A stretch of 64,000 nt of DNA from Verrucomicrobiales bacterium (GCA_035550135.1 DASZQB010000084.1:5924-69923), one strand, 5' to 3'; counted from the stretch's first letter, positions 35,982-45,414 are shown. The notes: a model not told the origin generated them from the letters alone. Translations and numbers: made by a program.

Positions 35982-38230
35982 TGACGCTTTGTTTTCGTCG
36001 TTGCCTTGCCGGTGGGCCTTGCGGGTGTTTTGACCACTGGGAGGGGAGAGCGTGTCGTTACAGTGACGGGCTTTGGCGGAGGTGCCACGGGCTGCTCAAA
36101 AGAGGGAAGAGGGACCTCCGGAAAGACTTCGGCGGCGTCGGCGCCGATGGTGGTGCGCGCATCTTCGCTTTGGCTGGCAGCAAGCCCGCCATCGTTTTCA
36201 TCAACAACGACGGGCTGGATGAAGATGAGCAGTTCTTTGCGGGCTTTCTTGCTCTTCGTGGACTTGAAGGCATGGCCCAGAACGGGGATGCGGCTGAGCA
36301 CGGGAATGCCGGAAGTGGACTTCTCTTCGTTTTCAGAGATAAGCCCGCCGAGCACGATGGTGGAGCGGTTGGCGACCGTGACTGAGGTGAGAAGGCGCTC
36401 CGTGGCAATGATAGGGACCGAATTTTCGGCAACCGTCTGCTGGCCAATAACGGTGTCATTCACTTGCGCGATGGTGAGGCTCACCTCCCGGTTGCTGTTG
36501 ATCAGGGGGATGACTTCGAGCTTCAGAACAACATCCTGATAAGCAATATTCGTGCGGACGCTGGAGGTGTTGACGAGATCAGTGATACTGCTGGTGGGAA
36601 CGGGAATGCGGCTTCCCGAGGTGATCACGGCCTTCTTGTTATTCGCGGCGTAGATGGAGGGCCGGCTGAGAACTTTGAATCGCTGAGTGCCTTCGAGCGC
36701 CGTAATGTAGGCATTCACGCCGTTCGCAATTTTTCCATAGATGTTAAGACCTGGCAGCGGACTGATGGCGGTGGTCACCGGATCACGGACATCCGGAACG
36801 GCGCGGAGAACATTCAGGTCGGTTAGGAAGGCGCCGGAGTATTCGCCGTTTCCGCCGGCCTTGAACTGACGGAGATAGTCTACGCCGAAGTTGATGTCAT
36901 TGCCGAGGGTGAGCTGGCCGATGATGGTGGCGAGATAGACCTGAGGCGGGCGGTGATCGAGCCGGTCGAGCAGGCTGGTGATCTTGGCAATATCCTCGCG
37001 CGGGCCATAAGCGATGATCTTGTTAGCCTGCACGTCGGCAACGATGCGGGTCTTGCCGACGAGGATGGAGAGCGGCGGCGCGGTTTCCTCCGGCGGAACA
37101 AGTTGGTCTTCGTAACCGACGGGAGCGGTGGAGCCGCCTTCGCGCTGGGCGTTGGGGCGTCGCGGGCGGCCGGCGAGTGTGGCGGGATCGGAGGAGGCGA
37201 CGGGAAGGCGGCGGGTGCGGACGACTTCCCCTGCGGCAAGCGTGCTGCTGCCGGTGCCGGTGTCCTGGATAACGTCCGCAATGACAGGAAGGATTTGATC
37301 CACGAAGACATATTGGAGGCGGCGTTCGAGAGGAGCGACCTCTTTGATAGGCTGATCGAATTCCTTGATCAGCCTTGCAGCGTAAAGCTGATCGGCCTCG
37401 AGGGCGACGACCATGATTCGGTTGAGACGGTCATCGGCGACGACGCGCGGCGGCACGGCGGTGACGAGCCGCGCGGGCGTGCGTGTTTCGCCGTCGCCCA
37501 TCGTGTCGGTGGTGAGCGGAGGAATGGCCTGGCGCGCAGTGAACGTGGATGTCAGGACCTGGCCGATGACGACGGCATCCGCAAATTGGAGCGGATAGAA
37601 CTCCGTCCGCATGTGGGATTTGTCCTGCGGCACATCCAGCACGGCGGCCACGCGGAGGATTTGTCGGATGTTGTCAGCGTTTTCGGTGATGAGAATGCCC
37701 GGAGGGCTGGCGACAGGCGTAAGACGGCCAAACGTGTTCAATCCAAGATGACTCCAAAGTGTGGTGGAGCCCTCCGAGGGATCGAGGTGCTTGAGTTTGA
37801 GGAAATAGGAGGCCATGGCGTGGCCTTTGGGGAGATCCTCCGGAGTTTGAGAAACGGTTAGTCCGCGGCTGATATTTGCCTGATTCGCAGTGGCCAGACT
37901 GATGCGGACGCTCTTTCCGTCCGGGGACTCCGCGAGCACATAACCATTGAGCTGAAGACACGATTCGATGAGTTCGATGGCTTCCAGTTGGGTGACCGGC
38001 TTGGCCGTCACGAGGCTGATCGGTTTGCCGTCGAAGATGCCGGATTCCTTGACGACTGGCTTGCCAGTGAGGAGTTCGTAGATACCAAGGATATCGCCAA
38101 TGCCGTTGTTGGGAAACTGAAGCTGAATGGTCGCATCCGGCTCTTTGCCTGCGGGCTGCTGGGCAGAGAGAGGCATCCCGCCGAGAAGTCCGGCGGCGAG
38201 GAGAGTGATGCATCGGAGAGTTATTTTCAT
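35978..38230 (-). CDS. gspD: secretin GspD
   Basis: It has a signal peptide, N0/N1-type domains and a secretin C-domain (...VLGGLISENEEKSTSGIPVLSRIPVLGHAF). An unusual Pro/Lys-rich tail of about 60 aa follows. Confidence 0.9.
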   Translation of the reverse strand: MKITLRCITLLAAGLLGGMPLSAQQPAGKEPDATIQLQFPNNGIGDILGIYELLTGKPVVKESGIFDGKPISLVTAKPVTQLEAIELIESCLQLNGYVLAESPDGKSVRISLATANQANISRGLTVSQTPEDLPKGHAMASYFLKLKHLDPSEGSTTLWSHLGLNTFGRLTPVASPPGILITENADNIRQILRVAAVLDVPQDKSHMRTEFYPLQFADAVVIGQVLTSTFTARQAIPPLTTDTMGDGETRTPARLVTAVPPRVVADDRLNRIMVVALEADQLYAARLIKEFDQPIKEVAPLERRLQYVFVDQILPVIADVIQDTGTGSSTLAAGEVVRTRRLPVASSDPATLAGRPRRPNAQREGGSTAPVGYEDQLVPPEETAPPLSILVGKTRIVADVQANKIIAYGPREDIAKITSLLDRLDHRPPQVYLATIIGQLTLGNDINFGVDYLRQFKAGGNGEYSGAFLTDLNVLRAVPDVRDPVTTAISPLPGLNIYGKIANGVNAYITALEGTQRFKVLSRPSIYAANNKKAVITSGSRIPVPTSSITDLVNTSSVRTNIAYQDVVLKLEVIPLINSNREVSLTIAQVNDTVIGQQTVAENSVPIIATERLLTSVTVANRSTIVLGGLISENEEKSTSGIPVLSRIPVLGHAFKSTKSKKARKELLIFIQPVVVDENDGGLAASQSEDARTTIGADAAEVFPEVPLPSFEQPVAPPPKPVTVTTRSPLPVVKTPARPTGKATTKTKRQ

Positions 38231-38246
38231 GGGATGCCTGGTCGGG

Positions 38247-38909
38247 TTATTTGGGGGCGGGAGGGGCCGGAGCCGGCGCGGGTTCCTTTGTTTCCGGTTT
38301 TTCTTCGCCTTTCATTTCTTCAAGGGTACGCTGCACGAAGGCGAGACGTTTGGAATCGCTGGCAGTCGGATAGACGGAAAGAAAATCGGTGAACGACTTG
38401 CGAAAGGCTTCCTGTCCGGAGGCGGGCAGGGACTCGAAGTCTTTGGCGGAGGCGGGATGGAGCGAGCGCAGAAGGGCCTCCACGATGACCGCGCCTTCGC
38501 TTCGCGGAGCGGGCTTGGAGGTGTTGTCGAGCTTCGGAGGTGTCAGGCGTTCGGGATCGAAACGAACGGTCAGTTTTTCATCGCCGGCGGAGATGGTCGC
38601 AGTGACGCTGCGAAGATCGGTGCTTTCCGTTAGCTCGATCAGCTTCCAGCCCTGGGGATTCGGTGCTTTGGTGACCACGAAAGATCTTCCCGTCGTGCGG
38701 TCCCAGACAGTCACCACCTTGCCTTCCGGCAATGAAGCGACACCGGAAAGGACGAGTGATTGCGAAAGGCTGAGGACGGTGCGGAACGGAGCCCGTTCAA
38801 GAATGTTAGGATAACTGGCGGCGGTAACCCGCGAGGGGATGGCCGGCTCGTCCGCGTGCAGGAGAACCGGCGCGGTGATGAAAGCGATGAGGAACAGCGC
38901 CGGTTTCAT
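38247..38909 (-). CDS. secreted T2SS accessory protein (possible GspC/PilP-like HR domain)
   Basis: A signal peptide is present. The segment SLVLSGVASLPEGKVVTVWDRTTGRSFVVTK..GWKLIEL resembles the PilP/GspC beta-sandwich. It sits between the M-like gene and the secretin gene, overlapping the upstream gene by 4 nt. Confidence 0.4.
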   Translation of the reverse strand: MKPALFLIAFITAPVLLHADEPAIPSRVTAASYPNILERAPFRTVLSLSQSLVLSGVASLPEGKVVTVWDRTTGRSFVVTKAPNPQGWKLIELTESTDLRSVTATISAGDEKLTVRFDPERLTPPKLDNTSKPAPRSEGAVIVEALLRSLHPASAKDFESLPASGQEAFRKSFTDFLSVYPTASDSKRLAFVQRTLEEMKGEEKPETKEPAPAPAPPAPK

Positions 38910-39433
38910 GGTTTATAAAGACGGGCCACGGTGACCGTGCCTGTCATGCGCGGCGGCGAGGCCTGCGCGGGAGTGAGGAGAAGGTATTTGATGAGCTGGA
39001 ATTTCTCCGGCGACTGGAGTTCCGAGAGCCAGCGAAAGACGGCATTGTCAGGGCCGGTGATCTGGAGATTCACCGACAGATCGCGATGGTGCGAGCCGCC
39101 TTCGGGTTTGAGAAGAACGGGAGACGTTAGGGTAAGCCCGCGCTCGCGGGCGGTATCTTGCAGATGCTCCAGGAAACTGCTGTGCGCCTGGCCGGAGTCG
39201 CCCATGGCGGGCATGGTGGCATCGAGCCACGTTTGGCGCTCTTTCCAGAAGGGCGCATCGCCGGCGGCGGCGAGAGCGGCCGAGAATTTTGGAGAGAGGG
39301 TCTCGATCTTCTCCTGCGCAGTGGCCATGCGCGTGTTGTAGTCGTCCCAAAGGAAATAAAGGCCGATGCAGGCGACCAGACCGCCGCAGAATGCGAAGAG
39401 GACTTTCTCGGATTTTTTGAAGGACCGTTTCAT
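38906..39433 (-). CDS. GspM/PilO-like bitopic assembly protein
   Basis: 175 aa with a single N-terminal TM helix (VLFAFCGGLVACIGLYFLW), a coiled segment and a ferredoxin-like C-terminus. Its position in the operon fits this role. Confidence 0.5.
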   Translation of the reverse strand: MKRSFKKSEKVLFAFCGGLVACIGLYFLWDDYNTRMATAQEKIETLSPKFSAALAAAGDAPFWKERQTWLDATMPAMGDSGQAHSSFLEHLQDTARERGLTLTSPVLLKPEGGSHHRDLSVNLQITGPDNAVFRWLSELQSPEKFQLIKYLLLTPAQASPPRMTGTVTVARLYKP

Positions 39434-40686
39434 CGCATCTTGCCTTTCATTTCAAAGGAGGCGGAGCCGTCGGCGCCGATGGATGGCTGAACCATGCTCC
39501 ATGCGTACACGCCCAGAGGACCGTCCTTGCTGACGGCATTGAAGTAATTGTAGGCGTCCATGGCGGAACGGGCCGTACCGGAGACCGACACGTCAGAGAC
39601 CTTGGATTCAAAACGTGTTAGGACGACTTCAGCGGCAGAAAGACAGCGGGTGAGGCCGTCGAGATGGGCCATGGGATAACGGCGCGATTCGAGCGCTGTG
39701 CGGAGCGAGGCCCAGCGGGTCTGTGCGGCTTTGACGAGATCATGTTCGGCGCGAATGCGGTCCTGATCCGCCTGATCGACGGCTGAAGCGGTGGGGATAT
39801 TCAAAGCGGCCTCGATGCGCGCAGCCTCAGCTTCGACATCTGTTAGTTTCTTTTTCTGGTCGTAGAGCCACCACGCGACGGGCACCAGCAACGCGGCGAG
39901 GGCGGCCCATTTGAGAAAGCCGAGCCGGCGGCGCTGCATGGCTTGGCGCGCGGAGGCGGGAAGCAGGCGGGTACTGCCCTCCCGGCGAAGCGAGGCGTTG
40001 TCGGGAGCGGGCCGCGCTTTGGCTTGAACGGGAAGGCTGAGTTGCTCGCTGAGATCGTGCGCTTCAGCGGCGGAGAAGTCGCCCCAGAGTTCGACGCCGG
40101 TGACGCCATTGATCATACCCTGCTGCTGAAGAGCGAGGCTCGCGATTCGGATTTCCGGACCGGCGTGCCCGTTGAGATCTCGGGTGGCGGAAACGATTTG
40201 GCTGTGGAGCAGGCGTCCCCCGCGTCCCGCACACAGCACGAGCCGGCCCTGTTCCTCCATGACGACGAGTTTGTCAGGAGGCAGTGAAAACAGGCGCGCG
40301 CTGGGGAGCACCCCGGAGGCTTTTGCAGTGCGCAGGCCGGCGGCTGCTTCCGGAGTAACCACATCCACACTAACAAGAGATTTGCCTCCGCTTTGTTCGA
40401 TGACGTGGCAGTCAAAGGGCGTCTGCTCAGTGTGCCCCGCGGTGAGGCCGCGTTTTTCCAACTGAGCATTGGCGAGCTTGCGCACCAGTTCACGGTCTTC
40501 GGTAGGCGCGGAAAACGAAAACGTGCGGCAAGACTTTGCAGGCAGGGCCATCACCACTTTGCCGCCATCACGCGAGGCCTGCGCGGGATCATCCGCGGTG
40601 CCCTGCCATGTGCAGCCGCGACCACAGCGCCACACTTCCCAGCGGGCATCGGGGGCAGGCAGAATGACGGTGGTGCTCTGAAACAT
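39430..40686 (-). CDS. GspL-like (PilM/PilN-type fusion) assembly protein
   Basis: 418 aa. A cytoplasmic N-domain is followed by a central TM helix (WAALAALLVPVAWWLY) and a periplasmic coiled-coil/ferredoxin-like domain. Its position in the operon fits this role. Confidence 0.5.
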   Translation of the reverse strand: MFQSTTVILPAPDARWEVWRCGRGCTWQGTADDPAQASRDGGKVVMALPAKSCRTFSFSAPTEDRELVRKLANAQLEKRGLTAGHTEQTPFDCHVIEQSGGKSLVSVDVVTPEAAAGLRTAKASGVLPSARLFSLPPDKLVVMEEQGRLVLCAGRGGRLLHSQIVSATRDLNGHAGPEIRIASLALQQQGMINGVTGVELWGDFSAAEAHDLSEQLSLPVQAKARPAPDNASLRREGSTRLLPASARQAMQRRRLGFLKWAALAALLVPVAWWLYDQKKKLTDVEAEAARIEAALNIPTASAVDQADQDRIRAEHDLVKAAQTRWASLRTALESRRYPMAHLDGLTRCLSAAEVVLTRFESKVSDVSVSGTARSAMDAYNYFNAVSKDGPLGVYAWSMVQPSIGADGSASFEMKGKMR

Positions 40687-40690
40687 GCGG

Positions 40691-41605
40691 CTATTCTTCC
40701 TTGATCAAATTGATGCCCGGTCCGCTAAGAATGGTTAGGCGGCGTTCCAGAGAACCGGCGCGGGCGAGGCAATCCGTGCGCTTGATAGGGTGGCTGAGCG
40801 TCAGCAGATCCGCGACGGCTTTGTAGTTCGCCTGCGGCACATCGAGCAGCGTGCGCACCTGTTCCATCGTGGTGAAACGCGGATCATCGATCGTGTCCGC
40901 GACTCCGTCATGACCGAGCCGTGCGCTGGTAAATCGACTCACTTCCGCCGGAGTCACATCAAACAAAACGGCGAGCATCGCAGGGGACGCCATATGCACA
41001 TCGATTGTCCCGTCACCAAAAAGAGTGAAGGCGTTGCGCCAGTCCGGATGCAAATGATCCGCTTCGTTGAAACCGCGGACGAGCAGGAGATCATCGAGAT
41101 TATCGAAGGGCCGGTTGTAAGGAAAGTCCGGTCGGCCCAGCGTCATGTAATATTCGCGTTCCGCACCCTGCGTGCGCGGCTTGTCGTTAGGGTCAATCCA
41201 GTCGGCGATGGAATCGGCGAGCGTGCGCGCCTGCTTGGAATCCATGCCCCAGCTTTCAAAAAGCCGTTCGGCAAAGCGCCGCTGCCTGAGATTGGAGCCG
41301 AGCAGATTGATGGCGAGGTGCGTTCCCTCCGTTGTTAGGTTCACTTCATACGAAGTGTTGGAGGAAACAGGCTGCCGCAGCAGCGGATCACCGCGCTCAA
41401 TAGCAGGATGCGTGGAGAGCACCCTTGCAGACTGCAGGAGAAGCCGCGCACGGAATTCCTTTTCGGCGTAAATCGATTCGTCCAGCCCGCGTGAAAGTTT
41501 GGTGACCAGTCCGATCACCGAAAACGCCATGAGCATGATGGCCCACAGCACCAGCAGCAGGCTGGAGCCGCGGCGGCTCATGCAGTTGGCGCGAACGGTT
41601 TTCAT
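40691..41605 (-). CDS. gspK: minor pseudopilin GspK
   Basis: The internal ATG (cat 41603-41605) lies 1 nt after the upstream stop. The N-terminal helix RRGSSLLLVLWAIMLMAF lacks Glu5. The signature ADSIADWIDPNDKPRTQGAEREYY matches GspK. Confidence 0.75.
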   Translation of the reverse strand: MKTVRANCMSRRGSSLLLVLWAIMLMAFSVIGLVTKLSRGLDESIYAEKEFRARLLLQSARVLSTHPAIERGDPLLRQPVSSNTSYEVNLTTEGTHLAINLLGSNLRQRRFAERLFESWGMDSKQARTLADSIADWIDPNDKPRTQGAEREYYMTLGRPDFPYNRPFDNLDDLLLVRGFNEADHLHPDWRNAFTLFGDGTIDVHMASPAMLAVLFDVTPAEVSRFTSARLGHDGVADTIDDPRFTTMEQVRTLLDVPQANYKAVADLLTLSHPIKRTDCLARAGSLERRLTILSGPGINLIKEE

Positions 41606-41606
41606 T

Positions 41607-42329
41607 TCAGGCGGTTTCAAAGACGACGCGCACCGGATGTTTGTGGCCCGGCAGAGTGAGACGAAGTTCAACGAGCGGCGGGCGACTGGCCCCCTGCTGT
41701 TCCACCCAGATTTTCTTGGCCGGGTCATAGAAACGCCATTCCACGCGCTCCACTTCGGGCAGCAATTCGAGCCAGAAGCGTCCCTGCAGATCCGGTTGCA
41801 CTAACTGATGTCCCTGACGCGAACGCAGCGGGCTTTCCACCGCTGGCTCGCCGTCCGGCGTTTCGCGATAGAAATCCGGCACTGTCATCGCGAGGAGGAA
41901 TCGCTCCTTGAAACTCGAGCCTTTTCCACGCTGATCGAGCGGCAGCCGGTCCTCCGGCCAGCGTTGAGGTGCCAGCGTCACCGCAGGTTTGTCCCATCCT
42001 CCATGCTCGCCCCAGACATACGCTTCATTCACACCCCGCAGCGTGAATTCCTGCCGCAGCGGCTCAGCCTCCAGAATCTTCAATTCCAGTGTGGCTCCAG
42101 CCGGCAGATGCGCCAGCGCAATGCGCGTGCGGTTCAGAAAAGTCTCCACCCGCCGGTCCTCCGACTGCACGATCGCCAGTGTCGTGGTCGCCTCCACGGA
42201 ACCCATGACAATCCCATAAATCGCCCCGGACATCAGCGAAAGAATCGCAAGGCCAACAACCACCTCCAGCAGAGTGAGTCCCTGCCGCCACGCGCTCGTT
42301 CTCCCATGATGACTACGGACGATAAACAT
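41607..42329 (-). CDS. minor pseudopilin (GspJ-like)
   Basis: A prepilin-type N-terminus is present (QGLTLLEVVVGLAILSLM). Size and operon position fit GspJ. Confidence 0.6.
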   Translation of the reverse strand: MFIVRSHHGRTSAWRQGLTLLEVVVGLAILSLMSGAIYGIVMGSVEATTTLAIVQSEDRRVETFLNRTRIALAHLPAGATLELKILEAEPLRQEFTLRGVNEAYVWGEHGGWDKPAVTLAPQRWPEDRLPLDQRGKGSSFKERFLLAMTVPDFYRETPDGEPAVESPLRSRQGHQLVQPDLQGRFWLELLPEVERVEWRFYDPAKKIWVEQQGASRPPLVELRLTLPGHKHPVRVVFETA

Positions 42330-42768
42330 AAACCTCCGCGGTATCGTTGAGTGGTTTCGCCGCGCGCAGGTCTTTGGCGATCGCGCGCAGAATGTAGAGG
42401 CCCTTCACCGGAATTCCCCGGCGGTTCACCCATTTTAATTCCTCAAGCTCTGAAGTGTATTCGATTCCAAGTCCTTCATCCTTGTAGTTGATAACCATCT
42501 CCTCCCGCTTTGGTTTCGCTTTGGCCTCATTGAGCGTGGACTCGAGTCCGCGGCGCACCGCCGCCTGACGCCGCAGCAGATTCGCCGAATCAAGGGAGGA
42601 ATGAAGCACCGATGCAAGGCCCGCCACGGACACGGCAAAAACAGTTAGGGCAATGATGATTTCCAGGAGCACGTACCCGCAGCGCAGGTGCGAAGGCGCG
42701 TAGAGCGGCACCCGCTGCAGCCGTGGATTTGCCGGCTGGCGGTTGCTGCATGGATGGAACCGCTTCAT
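42313..42768 (-). CDS. minor pseudopilin (GspI-like)
   Basis: A prepilin-type N-terminus is present (CGYVLLEIIIALTVFAV). Size and operon position fit GspI. Confidence 0.6.
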   Translation of the reverse strand: MKRFHPCSNRQPANPRLQRVPLYAPSHLRCGYVLLEIIIALTVFAVSVAGLASVLHSSLDSANLLRRQAAVRRGLESTLNEAKAKPKREEMVINYKDEGLGIEYTSELEELKWVNRRGIPVKGLYILRAIAKDLRAAKPLNDTAEVYVYRP

Positions 42769-43421
42769 GGCTGTCGTGTGACCAGACGCGAGCGTTCGCT
42801 GGTGACCTCACCTGTCAGGACATCGAATCCGGCCTCGAGTTCGGGACCGCCGTCGTTGTTGCGCAGGCGAATGCGCGCCGGGTTGGCCATGCCAGCCGGC
42901 TGAAATACCCAGCGCCGCATTTTTCCTCCGTCCAGTATGTCCCACTCGCCATCGCCCCACATGAGCACACCGCACTCTGTCCCCGTCGCGAGAGGAATCG
43001 TTACCGTCCACGGAAGATCCGGCTTTTTAGGTTTGTCTTTTTCCTCATCGTCAGCCCGCTGCACCGCCACGGTCTCCATCGGCTCCGGCTCCGGCGGATG
43101 ACGCAGTTCCTCCAGATGCTTCAGAAACTCCTCCTTCGTTCCGTAGGGATACATGGCCGGACTGGCATGAATGCCCCCGGGCTCAAAAACGATCTGGTAA
43201 CTGCGCCGTTCGCGCATCGCCCGGTGCCGCGCTTCCTGCACCACTTCCGCGAGGCTCGCCATCGGCTCCCGCGCCTTCTCGTCCCTGTGCAGTCCCTTCA
43301 TCGTGGGCACGGCCACCGCGGCGATCACCGCGATGATCGTCAGCGACACGACGATTTCGACAAGCGTGAACGCTCTCCCAATCGGGCCTTTGGGCGGCCC
43401 GCTGTTGCGTGTCTGGGTCAT
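42765..43421 (-). CDS. minor pseudopilin (GspH-like)
   Basis: A prepilin-type N-terminus is present (GRAFTLVEIVVSLTIIAV). I chose the start at ATG 43419-43421 (MTQTRN...), which avoids a 25-nt overlap with gspG. The listed ORF extends to 43466. Confidence 0.6.
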   Translation of the reverse strand: MTQTRNSGPPKGPIGRAFTLVEIVVSLTIIAVIAAVAVPTMKGLHRDEKAREPMASLAEVVQEARHRAMRERRSYQIVFEPGGIHASPAMYPYGTKEEFLKHLEELRHPPEPEPMETVAVQRADDEEKDKPKKPDLPWTVTIPLATGTECGVLMWGDGEWDILDGGKMRRWVFQPAGMANPARIRLRNNDGGPELEAGFDVLTGEVTSERSRLVTRQP

Positions 43422-43441
43422 GGCGTAAAGGACTTTCCGGT

Positions 43442-43900
43442 TCAGTCTTTTTTGGCGACTTTCCAATTTCCGATGTCATCCGCGCTTTCCACTCCATCCT
43501 TCCCAAGCGAAAAAACGTCATAGTCCCCGGTGCTGCGTTTGGCCGGGTAAGTGTACTGCAGCGGATGATTCCACGGGTCTTTGGGAATCTCCTCCAGGAG
43601 CTGGGTCCACTTCGTCGGGAGCGGTTCCACCGTCGGCATTTCCACCAGTGCTTTCAGGCCCTGTTCCGTGCTCGGTGCCTGGAGATTCCGCGCCTCGTAG
43701 GTCTTTAGCTGGGTCACCACATTCTTGATGTCCGACTCCACCCGTGTCTCCTTCGCGACATCCACGGTGCCCTTGATCTTATAAATCGCCGCCGCGCCCA
43801 GCACAGCAATGATCGTGATGACCAGGACGATTTCGACAAGAGTGAAGGCCGCCGTGCGTATTACGCGACCGACACGATTGGGGTTGGTTCGGGTGATCAT
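43442..43900 (-). CDS. gspG: major pseudopilin GspG
   Basis: 152 aa. The N-terminus AAFTLVEIVLVITIIAVLGAAAI is followed by the GspG-like core (...ESDIKNVVTQLKTYEARN...DPWNHPLQYTYPAKRSTGDYDVFSLGKDG). Confidence 0.85.
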   Translation of the reverse strand: MITRTNPNRVGRVIRTAAFTLVEIVLVITIIAVLGAAAIYKIKGTVDVAKETRVESDIKNVVTQLKTYEARNLQAPSTEQGLKALVEMPTVEPLPTKWTQLLEEIPKDPWNHPLQYTYPAKRSTGDYDVFSLGKDGVESADDIGNWKVAKKD

Positions 43901-44019
43901 GGAATCCTCTACGCCCGGCTTTCGGTTTACATTTCAATTAAGAGGATTTTCAAGCTATCCGTGATTGCGTATAGCGGTTAAAAAGAGCGTAATTTCCCGG
44001 AAGAATCGGAGGGGATTGC

Positions 44020-44646
44020 ATGTTGGTTTCGCCCTGCTATTTACCCGGCATGTCCGCGGAAGACCCCGAAACCCCCTCTGTCCCCCTGTTGCGGGCCAAC
44101 GACGGGGCATCGTGGGAAAAGGCCTACTCGCTCCTCTGGGATGCCGGCATCAAAGTCGCTTGCATCAACCTCGGCGGCGCCCAATACGCCCAAAACCGCG
44201 AGGACCTCGTCGCCGAAGCCCTCAGCCAATTGCAGCAGGGCCTCGTGCGTGGCGACGAAAAAGAGGGGAATTTATTCAATCAAATGTCCGCCTGGCGCGA
44301 TGTCATCAGCATGATGTGCCTGATTACCGAGCGCCGGATCGCCGATTTCCTGCGGAAAAAATACCGCCGGGGAGAGGAAATCCACGCCGATCCCACCCTC
44401 GCGGAAGCTGCGGTGCATCCCGTCGCCGCCGCCGAACCCGACTGGGACAGCGAACTGCTCTGGGCCCTCATTGGCCGTCTGCCCCCTCCAAAACCGGAAC
44501 TTCTCACGGACCGGTTCGTCCTCGGCATGAGCGCCTCCGAAGTGTCCGAAAAACGAAACCTCCCGCGCAACACCGTCCTCAGCCACTGGAGCAGCGCCCT
44601 GCAAACTCTCCGTTCGTGGCTCAGCAATCCCGCCGCGCAGACATGA
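44020..44646 (+). CDS. ECF-type sigma-70 family sigma factor
   Basis: A region-4 HTH is present (LTDRFVLGMSASEVSEKRNLPRNTVLSHWSSALQTLRSWL) along with a region-2-like N-half. The start may instead be the ATG at 44050 (MSAEDP...). It is transcribed divergently, 120 nt from gspG. Confidence 0.7.
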   Translation: MLVSPCYLPGMSAEDPETPSVPLLRANDGASWEKAYSLLWDAGIKVACINLGGAQYAQNREDLVAEALSQLQQGLVRGDEKEGNLFNQMSAWRDVISMMCLITERRIADFLRKKYRRGEEIHADPTLAEAAVHPVAAAEPDWDSELLWALIGRLPPPKPELLTDRFVLGMSASEVSEKRNLPRNTVLSHWSSALQTLRSWLSNPAAQT

Positions 44647-45308
44647 ACCCCTCCGTACCAGATTCCGCCCCCCCCGGAAACGAAGACACGGCCCTCGCCG
44701 CCGCCCTGTCAAAGCGCGTCCCCATCCCCCCCGCCGTGCTCGAACGCCTCCGCGCCGAGCGTCTCGCCATGACTTCCGGCCCGACAGAGTCCGATAACAA
44801 GATCGTCGCCTTCCCCTCTGGATCATCCACCGCCCCGCGCGTCCGCAGCAAAGCCCGCCTCTGGCAATGGATCACCGCCGCCGCCGCCGTTATTGTCATC
44901 GGAATAACAGCATATCAAATGCGGCCCCCTGAGCCTGGCAAACCCGCATCCATCGTCACCCGCTCCCCCTTGGGCACCATTTCCACTACCCGGCCGGAAA
45001 TCGCCTGGGAAAACACCCCCGGAAAAAATTATAATGTATGGATTCTCCCAAAAGAGGGAGACTACACCACCGCTCCCGCCCTTTTCGTCGCCAAAAACGT
45101 CCGCTCCCCTATTCCCTTTTCCGCCCTAAAACCCGGCAAAGACACTCCCCCGGAAAAAAAGGAACTCGACCCCAACCAGGAATACCGCGTCCTCATCTGC
45201 TACAACGACACCGGCCTCACCGGCCCCGGCGAACGCATCGCCGGCACCCCCGTGCCGTTCCGGACCACTCCCGCCGCAGAGAAGACTGCAGCGTCTCCCG
45301 GCAAATGA
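44643..45308 (+). CDS. anti-sigma factor (single-pass membrane protein)
   Basis: The ATG at 44643 overlaps the sigma-factor stop (ATGA). A short cytoplasmic N-terminus is followed by the TM helix WQWITAAAAVIVIGITAY and an extracytoplasmic domain. The rest of the listed 43965..45308 ORF is rejected. Confidence 0.6.
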   Translation: MNPSVPDSAPPGNEDTALAAALSKRVPIPPAVLERLRAERLAMTSGPTESDNKIVAFPSGSSTAPRVRSKARLWQWITAAAAVIVIGITAYQMRPPEPGKPASIVTRSPLGTISTTRPEIAWENTPGKNYNVWILPKEGDYTTAPALFVAKNVRSPIPFSALKPGKDTPPEKKELDPNQEYRVLICYNDTGLTGPGERIAGTPVPFRTTPAAEKTAASPGK

Positions 45309-45414
45309 CGATTCTTGGACCAGCGCATCCGTGGAAAAAAACCGCCAAATAGTTCTTGTCATGTGCTAGTCAGGACTGATATCCCCGGCCCGCCAATCCT
45401 AAATAGCACATCAC

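Noticed and set aside
43901-44019. Divergent promoter region between gspG and the ECF sigma gene, searched for an ECF-type (GGAAC...CGT) or sigma-54 promoter
   Set aside because: I could not support any convincing -35/-10 match by eye, so it is left unannotated.
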